Source: an uncultured Chloroflexia bacterium (GTDB lineage Bacteria > Chloroflexota > Anaerolineae > CG2-30-64-16). From it: a stretch of DNA of 64,000 nt. The notes under the pieces were generated by a model, which had not been told where the DNA came from, ran no database searches, and saw only the letters and a program-made list of their open reading frames with translations. This document shows, piece by piece, positions 31,550 to 41,993 of the stretch. The DNA is taken from positions 192,001 through 256,000 of the forward strand of contig CAVZDU010000006.1 in NCBI GenBank assembly GCA_963774265.1. Reading direction: 5' to 3'. The first letter of the stretch is position 1. Every line of letters begins with the position of its first letter. The position numbers and the translations under genes are program-made.

Positions 31550-34066
31550 GTGGTTGACCAGTGCAAGTTCTGTGGGGCAGCGCTCCCCAACCCAGGCGTT
31601 CGCTTTTGTTCCTCCTGTGGACACGCGCTGGGGGCAGAGGACCTCACAATACCCATCGCCGCAGCCGGCCCACGCCTGATTGTCCAGGAACCCGGCCAGG
31701 CGAAGACGACAGTCGCGCTCGAGGGGCCATTGTGCGGCATTGGTCGCGACCCGGCCAACCAGGTGGTCGTGCACCATGACTCCGTTTCTCGGCTGCATGC
31801 CCAGATCGAGCAGCGGGGAGCCGACTACTGGGTTACGGACCTTGGCAGCATGAACGGCACCAGCGTCAACGGTCGCTGCCTGGAGCCCAACACGGCCGTG
31901 AAGCTCAAAGAAGGCGACATCATCCGCATCGGGGATCAGCACGGCAATTCGGTCTCACTGACCTTCAGCACCGAGCTGCCCGAGGCGCTCGGCCGCGAGA
32001 TCATCCGTCTCGATCATCAGCGGGAGCTGGCCGGCCTCAAATCCTACATCCTGGGCCGCGATTCCTCGAACCGGGTGCAACTGGATCATCCCTCGGTCTC
32101 GCGGCGGCACGCCCGCATGGACCAAACTCCGACCGGCCACCAGTTAACCGACCTCGGAAGCACCAACGGCACATTCCTAAACGGCCAGCGCCTGCGGACG
32201 TCCAGCCCGGTCAAGGACGGGGATGTGATCCAGATCGGGCCGTTCAAGCTCGTCTACGACCAGGATGGCTTGACTCGTTACGCCCCCGACGGCAACTATC
32301 GGCTGGACGGCCTGCACCTGCAGAGCGACGTGCAGATCGGCAGCCCGCTTTCGCCGCGGCGCCTGCTGCCCGACGGCAGAGCAACCAAAATACTCCTCAA
32401 CGACGTCAGCCTGTCCGTCTACCCGCGCGAGTTCGTGGCGCTCGTCGGCGGCAGCGGGGCCGGCAAGAGCACCCTGCTCAAGGCGCTGAGCGGCTTCGCG
32501 CCCGCGGAGAAAGGCCGGGTGTTGATCAACGGAGACGATCTCTATGCCAACTACTCAGCCTACGAGAGCATCTTCGGCTATGTTCCCCAGGACGATATCA
32601 TCCACCATAGCCTGATCGTGCGTGACGCCCTGACCTATGCCGCCGAGATGCGCCTGCCCGATGCTACATCCGATGAGGTCAAGGCCCGGGTGGACGACGC
32701 ACTGGCAGAAGTCGAGATGACGGCCCACCAGTCCAAGCAGGTCGGCCGGCTCAGCGGCGGCCAGCGCAAGCGGGTGAGCATCGCAGAAGAGCTGTTGGCC
32801 GGACCTGGCCTGTTCTTCCTGGATGAGCCCACCTCGGGCCTGGATCCGGGATTGGAAAAGAAGATGATGTACACACTGCGCAGGCTGGCCGATGCCGGGC
32901 GCACAGTGGTGCTCATCACGCATGCAACAGCGAATATCACCCAATGCACCAATGTCGGATTTCTGGCCGACGGGCGGCTGGTCTACTTCGGCCCGCCCCA
33001 GGAAGCGCAGGCCTTCTTCGGCACAACGGACTTCGCCGACATCTACACTCGCCTCTCGCAGCCGCTGAACCCGGAAACCAACCCGCCTCCGCCCGGTTGG
33101 CAGTCACCCCAGGGGGCCAACGTGAGCGCAGCCCAGGCCTGGGAAGAATATTTTCGCAATTCACCGGCCTACCAGAAACACGTTGCGTCTCGCCTGGACC
33201 CGTCTGTGATCAGCCAGCAGGCGACCCGGCCCGTTGCACCGCGAACGCGTCCACATGTATCACCCCTGCGCCAGTTCTCGGTGCTGACCCGGCGTTACTT
33301 CAACCTGGTGTGGCGGGACCCGATGAGCCTCTTCGTCCTGCTGGCGATCATGCCGATTCTTGGCCTCTTCCTGCTCCTGATGAGCCACCCGAACGACCTG
33401 GTGGGCAGCGGCAAGCCACTGGCGGTCGACATTGTCACCGCGTACCAGGCCCAGCGCCTGATGTTCATGCTGGCCCTGGCGGCGAACCTGTTGGGCCTGT
33501 TCGCCGCCGCCTACGAGATCATCAAGGAGGATGCTATCTATCGCCGTGAGCGAATGGTGAACCTCGGCATCCTGCCCTACTTGTTCTCCAAGCTCGCGGT
33601 GCTGGGCAGCTTCTCCCTCCTGCAGTGCGCGCTGATTCTATTGGTGTTGCGCATCAAGGTGCAATACCCGACCGAAGGCCTCTTGCTGCCGCCGGTGCTG
33701 GAGATCTACCTGACGCTCGTTCTGACCACCTTGGCCAGCCTCGCGCTTGGCTTGCTCATCTCGTCGCTCGCGCGCAACGCGAATATGGTGGTCTACATGA
33801 TCCTGCTCGTGCTTTTTGTGCAGATCATCTTCGCCGGCGCGATCTTCCCGCTGGACGATTCGGTCAAGCTGCTCACCGACCTGAGCACGACCCACTGGTC
33901 ACTGCAGGCGCTGGGCAGCCTCATCGGACTGTCGTCACAGGGGTTTTATGTAGAGTACAAGCACGACCTGGCGCACATCCTGAAGCCGTGGGCCGTTTTG
34001 CTGGCCTTCGCGGTGGTTTGCACGGCCTTGACGGCGCTGGTCCAAAAACGCAAGGACACGCTGTAA
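31550..34066 (+). CDS. Zn-ribbon-FHA-FHA-ABC transporter (ABCG/Rv1747-like)
   Basis: CxxC..CxxC; two FHA domains (GR...SRxHA...DLGSxNGT); GGSGAGKST, LSGGQ, LDEPTSGLD; ABC-2 type TM domain. Confidence 0.9.
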   Translation: MVDQCKFCGAALPNPGVRFCSSCGHALGAEDLTIPIAAAGPRLIVQEPGQAKTTVALEGPLCGIGRDPANQVVVHHDSVSRLHAQIEQRGADYWVTDLGSMNGTSVNGRCLEPNTAVKLKEGDIIRIGDQHGNSVSLTFSTELPEALGREIIRLDHQRELAGLKSYILGRDSSNRVQLDHPSVSRRHARMDQTPTGHQLTDLGSTNGTFLNGQRLRTSSPVKDGDVIQIGPFKLVYDQDGLTRYAPDGNYRLDGLHLQSDVQIGSPLSPRRLLPDGRATKILLNDVSLSVYPREFVALVGGSGAGKSTLLKALSGFAPAEKGRVLINGDDLYANYSAYESIFGYVPQDDIIHHSLIVRDALTYAAEMRLPDATSDEVKARVDDALAEVEMTAHQSKQVGRLSGGQRKRVSIAEELLAGPGLFFLDEPTSGLDPGLEKKMMYTLRRLADAGRTVVLITHATANITQCTNVGFLADGRLVYFGPPQEAQAFFGTTDFADIYTRLSQPLNPETNPPPPGWQSPQGANVSAAQAWEEYFRNSPAYQKHVASRLDPSVISQQATRPVAPRTRPHVSPLRQFSVLTRRYFNLVWRDPMSLFVLLAIMPILGLFLLLMSHPNDLVGSGKPLAVDIVTAYQAQRLMFMLALAANLLGLFAAAYEIIKEDAIYRRERMVNLGILPYLFSKLAVLGSFSLLQCALILLVLRIKVQYPTEGLLLPPVLEIYLTLVLTTLASLALGLLISSLARNANMVVYMILLVLFVQIIFAGAIFPLDDSVKLLTDLSTTHWSLQALGSLIGLSSQGFYVEYKHDLAHILKPWAVLLAFAVVCTALTALVQKRKDTL

Positions 34067-34095
34067 AGCGGTACATAAGCGGGCTGGGTGCTCAT

Positions 34096-37000
34096 ATGGA
34101 TCCCCAAACCTTCGGCAACTTCACTGTCACACGCGCCTTGAGCCGCGGCGGCCCGGTCGAGGTGTTCGAGGCACGCGACGCGCAACTGGACCGCCGGGTG
34201 GCGATCAAGGTGCTCCATCCGCCGGCCGGATCAGACGGCGCCGCGTTCGAGGAGCGCTTCCGTGATCTGGCTCGACGCTGCGCGGCCCTGCGCCATCCGC
34301 ATGCCGTCCAGGTGTACGGGTTCGATACCGTAGGCGGCCTGCCCTACATGGTCATGGAATACCTCGATGGCGGCACGCTGGCCGAGCGAATGGCAGAAAT
34401 CGCCGCGCAAGGCGAAGGGATGTCGTTAAGCGAGATCGCGCGCATCCTGGAACCTCTGGCCGACGCGCTGGATGCCGCCCATGCCCTGGGCCTCATCCAC
34501 GGTGCGCTGTCGCCTGCCAACGTCCTCTTCACGGCGCGCGGCCAGCCCGTGCTAACCGATTTCGGCATCGCTCAGCTCCTGGGCCCCCTGTCGCTGGCCG
34601 CCCCGGCCGGCGCCGGCGGCCCGGCAACCTACGTGTCACCTGAGCAGGCAGCCGGCAAACCGCTCAGCGCGGCCAGCGATACCTACGCACTGGGGGTCCT
34701 CGCGTATGAGATGGTCTGCGGGCGGCCGCCCTTCGCCGGTGGATCGCCGGCCGAGATCATGCTGCAGCACCTGACCGAGCCGCCGCCGGTACCCGATCGC
34801 TTCAAGCCGGATCTGCCCGAGCCGGTCGGCCAGGTGCTGCTAAAGGCGTTGGCGAAGGAGCCGGCCGCGCGCTACAGCCGCGGCCGCGACCTGGCACGCG
34901 CCTTCGCTGCTGCAAATCGCGGTGAGGCGATCTCGGATGCGCCTGGGCCTCCGGAAGACGAGACGCCGGGCTGGCTGCGGCCGCTGATCGGGATCGCCGA
35001 GCTGCTCGGTCCGCTGATCGGCCGCGCGCCGGCAGTGCGCGGCGCACCGCGCGATCGCCGCGGGCAAACCGCCATCATCCTGGGTGTGATCGGGATCCTG
35101 TTGGCCGCCTTCCAGTTCCTGGCCACGGCGCTCGACCTGGTCACGCGCAGCCTCTCACCCCTGATGGCCGTCCTGCCCTACGTGATCGCGGTGCTGCTCG
35201 CCTGCGGCGGTCTTCTCGCGCTCATCACGGCGGTCCGGCCGGGATCGACGCTCCGCCGCCGGCGCGCGACGCTGATCTTCGCCGCGACGCTGGTGGTCGG
35301 GCTGGTGTGGGGCGGTTGGACGCTCTATGACTATCTCCGCCCGCCGCCGGGCGTAGTCATCGCCGTGGCAGACTTCGAGCAACGAGGAAGCCGCATCGTC
35401 GATTTCGGCCAGCACATCTACGAGGCTCTCCGACCGGAGATCGGCGACACCGGGGGCAAGGTTATCCTGCAGCGCGTCTTCGAGGCTTACGCAGACCAGG
35501 CCAGTGCTCGGCAACACGGGGCCGATCGCAAGGCCACCCTGGTCATCTGGGGCCGGTACGATGATGCCAGCGTCAGCCCGCGCGTCGAGCTGCTGCGCTT
35601 CCCCTCCCTGGCCCCCCCGCCCAGCAACCCGTTGTCCCTGGTCGGCATTGCCAGCGCAGCAGGAGACGGCGTCGCCGGGACGGACTGGACCTTGAGCAAG
35701 GTCGCCCCGTACATCCGCGAGCCGGCCGGTATGAACGACTTCGGTCTATCCGTCAAGGACGGCGCCCAGCAGATGACCTACATCTCGATGGTGCTGCTGG
35801 GCCTGATCTACTACGCTAACGGCGACGATACGCACGCCCTTGCTTTCTACGATAAGGCGCTCAGCAACCCTCCGAGCAGTACCGACAGCATGGGACTGGA
35901 GGTCGGGTATTTCCAACGCGCAACCCTGCTCTACCAGGAGGGGAGGCTGGCTGAGGCGACCGCCGACCTGCGCCAGGCTCTGGCCCTCAAGCCGGATATG
36001 GTCGAGGCGCACCGCGACCTGGCTATCCTGTATGCAGCCAGCTGCACGCCGAATTGGCAACTGGGCGCGGCCATCACCGAGGCGCAGACGGCAGTGCGTC
36101 TCCAGCCGGATGACGTCGAGGGCCGCCATCTGCTGGCCGATCTCTACCGACAGGCCGGCCAGTACGAGCAGGCGTTGGCCGAGTTGCAGGTCACCGAAAA
36201 ACTCGACGCGAGCGACCCTCGCACCCAGCAGTTGCTGGCCAGCGTGTACGACCAGTCCGGCCAGCCCGATAAGGCACGAGCGGCAGGCGAGGCCGCGCTC
36301 GCCCTGTCTCAGAAGGCGTCGCCCACCGGAGGGGCGGCTGATTCGGCTGAAGTCCATCTGAACCTGGGCGACGCCTATGTGAGCGCCGGCCGCCTTGACG
36401 AGGCACTGGCCGAGTACGAGGCGGTCCGTAAGCTGCTGCCGTCGGACCCCCGGCCCCTTCGCGGCCTGGGCAATGCCTACTACTGGCAGGGCCGCTATGC
36501 GGATGCGGCACGTGCATACGGCGATTGGGTCGCCGTCGCGCCGGAAGATGCCAACGCACACCTGATGCTCGGCATGGTCTACCGCGAGCAGGGGGACGAC
36601 GCGAAGGCGCTGCCCGAGCTCGAGCGCGCCGCGGCCCTGGCGACCTGCAGCACAGCCGAGCACAAGGTGCTGGGCGGCGCCTACTACGACGCGGGCCGCT
36701 ACGCCGATGCAGCGGCCGAATACCGTAAGGCCAGCGAAATCGATCCGCAGGACGCCGATGCATTCTACCTGCTGGGCGCGATGGTTGAGCAGCATGCCTG
36801 GGAAAGCCAGGCGGGGGTGATGGACCCAGATGATCCGCATCTCGTCCAGGCAGCCGCAGCGCTCGAGACAGCGGTGGGATTGCGCCCCGATTTCGCGCAG
36901 GCCCAGTTCGCGTTGGGCAACGTCTACATGGAACAGGAGGCTTACGAAAAGGCGGCTGCCGCGTGGGAGGCCGCGGTGCGCGCAGAACCGACCGACCAGG

Positions 37001-38397
37001 AATACCTGGGCAGCCTGGCGCATGCCTACTCGAAGCTGGGCCGTCACGCCGACGAAGCCGCGACCGACGAGCGGGCGCTGGCCCTACGCGACGACGCCAC
37101 CTTACGCACCTTCCTGGGCCTCAGCTACGTCCAGCAAGGGAAGCTGGATGCGGCCATCGCCGAATATCAGCACGCGATTTCGCTTGACCCAACCAGCTCG
37201 CTGGCCCACCTGGGGTTGGCCGAGGTCTACGATACCCAGGACAAGCTGGCCGATGCAGCAGCGGCCTACGAGCAGGTGCTCGCGTTGGGCGATAACCCGA
37301 ACGTGCGCAGGCAGTTGGCAGCGGTCTACGAGCGCCAGGGGCAGGATGCGGAAGCGGCCGAAGAGTTGAAAAAGGCGGCCGAGGCCGACCCGGGCAACTC
37401 AGCCACGATGCTTCAATTGGCCAACCTGTACGGCCGGGTGAACCGGCTGGATGATGCGGCGGCGGCGTACGGGCGCGTGCTGAGCATGGAGCCCGGGTCG
37501 TCGCAGGCCCACTCCGGGCTGGCCTCGATCGAGTACAAACGCTGCAACCTGGGCGCAGCCACGCAGGCCGCAGGCCGCGCGGCCGCCCTGGCGCCGGCGG
37601 TCACCCTGTACCGCGGCATCCAGGCGTCGCTCTATGAAGCGCAGGGACGTACTGCCGAGGCCGCGTCCCTCTACGCCGGGCTAGCCGCTGCACCGGCCAC
37701 CGACGCCGTCGCGCACCTGCTGGCCGGCTCATACCTGGCGCGCCGGCAGGTGGGCAACGTAGACCCAGCCGCTACGGACGAGGCCGTACGGGAGTTTCAG
37801 GTCAGTCAAGAGGCCTCCGCCGGCCTACCCGGGCTTGCCTCGCTGGCCCATCTTGGATTGGGCCAGCTCTACTACGCGCAGGAAAAGCTGGTTGCGGCGA
37901 GGAGCGAGTTCACGGCCGCGCTCGCGGCCATGCCGGCCAACGCCGACGCCCGGGCCGCCCTGGGCGACCTGGCGCTGCGAGAGGGGGATGCGGCTGGCGC
38001 CCTGGCCGCCTATGATGAGGCCCTTAAGCTGCTTCCGGATTACGCCCTTCAATCTGCCGACAACGCGGCCACCCTGGCCGTCACCCTGCCCGCACGGCGC
38101 GGCCTGGCGCTGGCGCGGCTCAACGAGGGCGCGCAAAGCGGAGACGAGGCAGAGAAGGCGACGGCGGCCTTCGACGAGGCGATCGCCGAAGGCCGGACGC
38201 TGCTGACCCGCACGCCGCAGTGGCCAGCCGCGCACTTCGCGCTGGCGAATGCTTACCTCGCCCGCGGCGACGCGGCCCAGGCGGACGCGGAGTCCGCGGC
38301 CGCGGAGTTTGCGGCCGCCATCCAGTGCGACCGTTCGCTGGCCGGCCAGCGCAAGCTGGTGGAAGCCAACCTGGCCTTGCTGCGTGGGGGATCGTGA
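34096..38397 (+). CDS. Ser/Thr pseudokinase-TM-TPR protein
   Basis: VAIK, DFG and SPE present but catalytic loop is HGALSPAN; three TM helices; long TPR array. Confidence 0.8.
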   Translation: MDPQTFGNFTVTRALSRGGPVEVFEARDAQLDRRVAIKVLHPPAGSDGAAFEERFRDLARRCAALRHPHAVQVYGFDTVGGLPYMVMEYLDGGTLAERMAEIAAQGEGMSLSEIARILEPLADALDAAHALGLIHGALSPANVLFTARGQPVLTDFGIAQLLGPLSLAAPAGAGGPATYVSPEQAAGKPLSAASDTYALGVLAYEMVCGRPPFAGGSPAEIMLQHLTEPPPVPDRFKPDLPEPVGQVLLKALAKEPAARYSRGRDLARAFAAANRGEAISDAPGPPEDETPGWLRPLIGIAELLGPLIGRAPAVRGAPRDRRGQTAIILGVIGILLAAFQFLATALDLVTRSLSPLMAVLPYVIAVLLACGGLLALITAVRPGSTLRRRRATLIFAATLVVGLVWGGWTLYDYLRPPPGVVIAVADFEQRGSRIVDFGQHIYEALRPEIGDTGGKVILQRVFEAYADQASARQHGADRKATLVIWGRYDDASVSPRVELLRFPSLAPPPSNPLSLVGIASAAGDGVAGTDWTLSKVAPYIREPAGMNDFGLSVKDGAQQMTYISMVLLGLIYYANGDDTHALAFYDKALSNPPSSTDSMGLEVGYFQRATLLYQEGRLAEATADLRQALALKPDMVEAHRDLAILYAASCTPNWQLGAAITEAQTAVRLQPDDVEGRHLLADLYRQAGQYEQALAELQVTEKLDASDPRTQQLLASVYDQSGQPDKARAAGEAALALSQKASPTGGAADSAEVHLNLGDAYVSAGRLDEALAEYEAVRKLLPSDPRPLRGLGNAYYWQGRYADAARAYGDWVAVAPEDANAHLMLGMVYREQGDDAKALPELERAAALATCSTAEHKVLGGAYYDAGRYADAAAEYRKASEIDPQDADAFYLLGAMVEQHAWESQAGVMDPDDPHLVQAAAALETAVGLRPDFAQAQFALGNVYMEQEAYEKAAAAWEAAVRAEPTDQEYLGSLAHAYSKLGRHADEAATDERALALRDDATLRTFLGLSYVQQGKLDAAIAEYQHAISLDPTSSLAHLGLAEVYDTQDKLADAAAAYEQVLALGDNPNVRRQLAAVYERQGQDAEAAEELKKAAEADPGNSATMLQLANLYGRVNRLDDAAAAYGRVLSMEPGSSQAHSGLASIEYKRCNLGAATQAAGRAAALAPAVTLYRGIQASLYEAQGRTAEAASLYAGLAAAPATDAVAHLLAGSYLARRQVGNVDPAATDEAVREFQVSQEASAGLPGLASLAHLGLGQLYYAQEKLVAARSEFTAALAAMPANADARAALGDLALREGDAAGALAAYDEALKLLPDYALQSADNAATLAVTLPARRGLALARLNEGAQSGDEAEKATAAFDEAIAEGRTLLTRTPQWPAAHFALANAYLARGDAAQADAESAAAEFAAAIQCDRSLAGQRKLVEANLALLRGGS

Positions 38398-38438
38398 GGT
38401 CCAGCGACTTCCCAGGAATTCCAGCGGTTAACTATCCC

Positions 38439-38876
38439 TCACATCTTCAGGGCCACATCGACCTCGTCCAGATGCTCGTCACGATGGAAGGCGCGCACAA
38501 CCCAACGCTTGTTGTAGGCATTGACCTCCTCGAGCAGGGTCGCCGGATAGATTTCCAGCCGCCTGTCCAACGATTCTGCCGCTTCCATGGCTATCCTGCC
38601 GGCCTCACGGGGTGGAATGGCGGCCCAAAGTGGTAAGGACAGATCATTCACAACGATGTCGATTCCCGGGATGAACAGTTTGCCGTTACGTTCAGTCATG
38701 TCAAGTACATACATCACGCGTCTGTCCCAGAACGCCAGGTGCGCCAGGGCAACTCCCACCGTCCAGTGTTCGCCCACGGGGTGTTGCATTTCCTTGTCGG
38801 TCAAGCGGGCAACCAGTGTGCGGATTCGATCGGTTGAAGCGCGGTTCAACTCAACAAAAGAAGCATCTAGTGTCAT
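38439..38876 (-). CDS. DinB / maleylpyruvate-isomerase N-terminal-like protein
   Basis: WTVGVALAHLAFWD...HRDEHLDEV. Confidence 0.75.
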   Translation of the reverse strand: MTLDASFVELNRASTDRIRTLVARLTDKEMQHPVGEHWTVGVALAHLAFWDRRVMYVLDMTERNGKLFIPGIDIVVNDLSLPLWAAIPPREAGRIAMEAAESLDRRLEIYPATLLEEVNAYNKRWVVRAFHRDEHLDEVDVALKM

Positions 38877-38950
38877 CTGCGAGGATCTCCTTCGAACAGC
38901 CAAACCGAAGCAAGTCCAGTTGATTCGGTTGGTAGCCAGTGTCGTGTGCA

Positions 38951-39661
38951 CTACTTCACACCGCCGAACGCGGCGAAGCAGGCGTTCTTGTGCAGCACGT
39001 CGACCTGCGTGAAGCCAACCCGCCTCAGCAGCCCAACCTGATAAGTCAGCGACCGCGGCGTGTCTTCTTGCTCGATATAGCCGAAAACGTGGTCGCGATA
39101 CCCGGGTCCGCGCAGCTTTTCCAAATAGGCGCCGTAGCGCGACCACATCACCGCCTGCACAGCCGGGTCCTCGTGCGAGATGAGATCGGATATCCATAGT
39201 CCGCCGCCCGGAGCAAGCGCCCGGTGGCATTTGCTGAAGACCCTCTCCCACTCATCATCCTCGCGTAGATGGTGGAATACGGCAGCGGCCATGATCACAT
39301 CGTAGGCCGACTCGCCCAGATCGACCTCCCGAATATCACCCTGGATGGGGGTCACCTCGCCCCGCGTCGCAGCAGTCACGCGTTCGACGGCGCGATCGAG
39401 CATGGGCCGGCTGAGGTCCAGGAGCGTGACGTTGAGATCGGGGAGTCGATTGAGCAGCTTCAGGGTGTAATTGCCCGCGCCGCAACCGATATCGACGACG
39501 CGAGTTGCGGCCGGCGTGGCAGCAGCCGCGCAGGCCGCGATCAGCTCCAGCGAGAGCGGGGCGTCCATCGTCGAGGATTGTCCCGTCTCCAGGCTGGAAA
39601 ACCGTTCGACGTCACCGTCGAAGCGAGCACGAATCTGGTCAACGCTGGACTTGTTGGTCAC
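38951..39661 (-). CDS. Class I SAM-dependent methyltransferase (CmoA-like)
   Basis: VVDIGCGAGN, LLDLSRPML, AVFHHL, LAPGG. Confidence 0.85.
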   Translation of the reverse strand: MTNKSSVDQIRARFDGDVERFSSLETGQSSTMDAPLSLELIAACAAAATPAATRVVDIGCGAGNYTLKLLNRLPDLNVTLLDLSRPMLDRAVERVTAATRGEVTPIQGDIREVDLGESAYDVIMAAAVFHHLREDDEWERVFSKCHRALAPGGGLWISDLISHEDPAVQAVMWSRYGAYLEKLRGPGYRDHVFGYIEQEDTPRSLTYQVGLLRRVGFTQVDVLHKNACFAAFGGVK

Positions 39662-40124
39662 TTTGGCCCCGGCTGTTCCCGTCGATTCTTTCATGCTTCT
39701 GGGATGCTGCGTTCTCCGGATGAACGATGCCGACGATGCTGCGCAGCCCGAGCGTTTCGAAGCCAAAACGCAGCGCAGCCCGGGCGGCCTCGGTCGCCAG
39801 CCCATGGCCCCAGCGAGACCGGCTCAACAGGTAGCCCACCTCCACCTCGCCGGTCTCGGGGAGGTGCTGCAGGCCGCACCAGCCGAGCAGCTCACCGCCC
39901 TCAGCCGGCTCGACCGCCCACCACCCCAGCCCGTGCTCCTCCCAGTGCCGGAGCTGCCCGCTGATGAGCCGCTCTACGCGCGCCATGTCGGGAGGGTCGG
40001 GCCGCGGGAAGTAGCTTAGGACCTGATCCTGGGCCAGAATGCGATGGAGCGGCCCGGCATCCGCTGCGGCAAAGGGGCGCAAGGTGAGTCGCGCAGTTGT
40101 CAGGGTGGGTATGTTCGTGATCAC
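39639..40124 (-). CDS. GNAT N-acetyltransferase (RimJ/RimL), C-terminus apparently truncated
   Basis: TARLTLRP, EVEVGY, WGHGLATEAA, HPENAAS; the usual ...VLEKxG end is missing. Confidence 0.75.
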   Translation of the reverse strand: MITNIPTLTTARLTLRPFAAADAGPLHRILAQDQVLSYFPRPDPPDMARVERLISGQLRHWEEHGLGWWAVEPAEGGELLGWCGLQHLPETGEVEVGYLLSRSRWGHGLATEAARAALRFGFETLGLRSIVGIVHPENAASQKHERIDGNSRGQSDQQVQR

Positions 40125-41053
40125 GTCGACCTGTCCCACCACTTCAACACGCGCAGGCCAGCCAGCGTGTTCCAACGGCCGGGTTGGCCGCCGGGCTCCA
40201 TGGTAAAGAAGACGCGGCCGGGCCAGTTCTGGCCCTGTTTCCAGCGGCCGTCGGGGGTCTGTTTGCTGCGCAGCAGTTCGATCGCGTCCGACATCCGCTC
40301 GTCGCGCGGCGCGTTTACCCAGCGAAAGTACTCCAGGCCGCGCAGAAAGTCATAGCGCCAGCGCGGAAGGAAAGTGATCCGCGCCATGGCCGGGTCGGCC
40401 ACTTCACCGGTGCGATGCGAGCGGTACAGCCGGTGGACCAGCAGGAATTCCCGGCCGCGCGTTACGGCGTCTCCGACCGCAGCCGCCTCGCCCTGGTGGT
40501 ACAGCGCATACTCGTGCAGCCCTTCCAGCACCGAGATCGTCGTGTGGAAGGAGCCGTGCGTCGCGCCCCTGGGCCGTTCGCAGTTCCAGCCCCCATCGGC
40601 CATCTGCTGGCCCCAGAGGTGCTCGGCAATCCGGTGCACACGCTCGTCCGCGCAGGGAAAGTAGCTCAGCAGCGCCAGGACCATGCCGGTGATGCACGTT
40701 TCGCTGTACTTGTACGACTTGAAGAAATTGATGCCGCCGTCGCAGTAAAAGCCTTTGTCCAGCAGCAGCAAGCAGCCCTGCTTCGCCTGCGGATTCTCAG
40801 CCGGTAGACCAAGCTGCCGCAAGTGCAGCAGGGTGTAGGTGGTGGAGGTCCACTTCGGCGAATAGAGCGCGTTACCCCAGGTGCCGGCCAGGTCCTGTAC
40901 GGCCAGCAATCGTGCGCCCCAGCCCTCCGTTGCCACGCGGTCGCGCTCCTCCTCGTAAGCCTCAGGCGGCTCGTCCAACAGATCGCGCCGAACCTGCCAA
41001 CGGATGGCTGGATCGCCGTCGAGGAGCCAGGCTAAAACGGTGTTAGTGGACAT
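40121..41053 (-). CDS. Prenyltransferase/squalene-cyclase repeat (alpha/alpha toroid) protein
   Basis: WLLDGDPAIRWQV; QW-like motifs QQMADGGWNC and KQTPDGRW. Confidence 0.75.
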   Translation of the reverse strand: MSTNTVLAWLLDGDPAIRWQVRRDLLDEPPEAYEEERDRVATEGWGARLLAVQDLAGTWGNALYSPKWTSTTYTLLHLRQLGLPAENPQAKQGCLLLLDKGFYCDGGINFFKSYKYSETCITGMVLALLSYFPCADERVHRIAEHLWGQQMADGGWNCERPRGATHGSFHTTISVLEGLHEYALYHQGEAAAVGDAVTRGREFLLVHRLYRSHRTGEVADPAMARITFLPRWRYDFLRGLEYFRWVNAPRDERMSDAIELLRSKQTPDGRWKQGQNWPGRVFFTMEPGGQPGRWNTLAGLRVLKWWDRST

Positions 41054-41120
41054 GTGCTTCCGTGCCGGCATTTGCGCGGCATTTCATCATCGAGTAGCCC
41101 GCGCCCGCGTACAGCGCAGG

Positions 41121-41990
41121 TCAATGAGAGTAATCCCAGAACCAGTAGGCGAGCCCCTTCCACTGGCCCCAGCGGGCAAACGCGGCCTCCACCTCGGCCG
41201 GGCCGACTCGTGCGCCCTCATGCCATTCGTCTGACACAACCTTGAGCGCCCACGAATCGATGGGGATCGCATCGTAGCGGCCCAGCAGCATCAGCAGATT
41301 GGCAACGGCGTAGGGCCCGACCCCTTTAAGGCTGAGCAGGCGCTTGCGCAGCTCGGGGGTCGGCAGATCGCTCGTTCGCAGCGCCTCCAGGTCTTGCTGA
41401 CCCGCGGCGACGCACTGCGCGAGGTTCAACACGTAGGGCGCGCGGTAGCCGAGCCTGGCAGCGTTGCGGAGCGTCTCTTCATCGGTGGCGGCCAATTGCG
41501 CCGGGGTCGGGAAGGCCCGGAGGCCGGAGTCGGCCGGCAGAGGGTCACCGAAGAGACTCACAAGGTTGGCCACCATGCGCTTCGTGCTGCCCCAAATAGT
41601 ATTGGTGGTAAGGATCGTCTTGACCACGTCCTCGAATAAAGTGGGGCTGCGGAGGATGCGGCCCTTGGCGCCCGCGGCCGCGGCCGCCAGTTTCGGCTCG
41701 TGGGCCGCGATCTCGTAGAAGGCCGACAGGTCCTGATCCAGCCCCAGCATCCAGGTGACGGTCGCGGCAATCTCATCCTCCTCGACCGAAGTGAAGTCAT
41801 CTGCGGCCGAGACAACTGCGCCATCCCCGGCGCCGGAAAGGTGCAGCTCGGTTACGCGGCCAGAGGCTAGGCGTATCACGTAGGATAGCGTCTCTCCATC
41901 GCCGCGGAAGGGCGCAAGCTGACGCCAACCGTGCGAGTCAGCGACGGCGGAGAAAGAGAAGGGCGGTCGTGCAGCAAGATGCAGGTTCAT
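41121..41990 (-). CDS. HhH-GPD DNA glycosylase (AlkA/OGG-like)
   Basis: FEDVVKTILTTN, AFPTP, LGYRA, LLSLKGVGPY...IPIDSW. Confidence 0.85.
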   Translation of the reverse strand: MNLHLAARPPFSFSAVADSHGWRQLAPFRGDGETLSYVIRLASGRVTELHLSGAGDGAVVSAADDFTSVEEDEIAATVTWMLGLDQDLSAFYEIAAHEPKLAAAAAGAKGRILRSPTLFEDVVKTILTTNTIWGSTKRMVANLVSLFGDPLPADSGLRAFPTPAQLAATDEETLRNAARLGYRAPYVLNLAQCVAAGQQDLEALRTSDLPTPELRKRLLSLKGVGPYAVANLLMLLGRYDAIPIDSWALKVVSDEWHEGARVGPAEVEAAFARWGQWKGLAYWFWDYSH

Positions 41991-41993
41991 ACT

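Noticed and set aside
33625-34095. N-terminal extension of the 1590-aa ORF (likewise upstream extensions of ORFs 16059, 13443, 21566, 51798, 53263)
   Set aside because: These extensions overlap real upstream genes in another frame; domain starts and RBS placement favour the downstream start codons.
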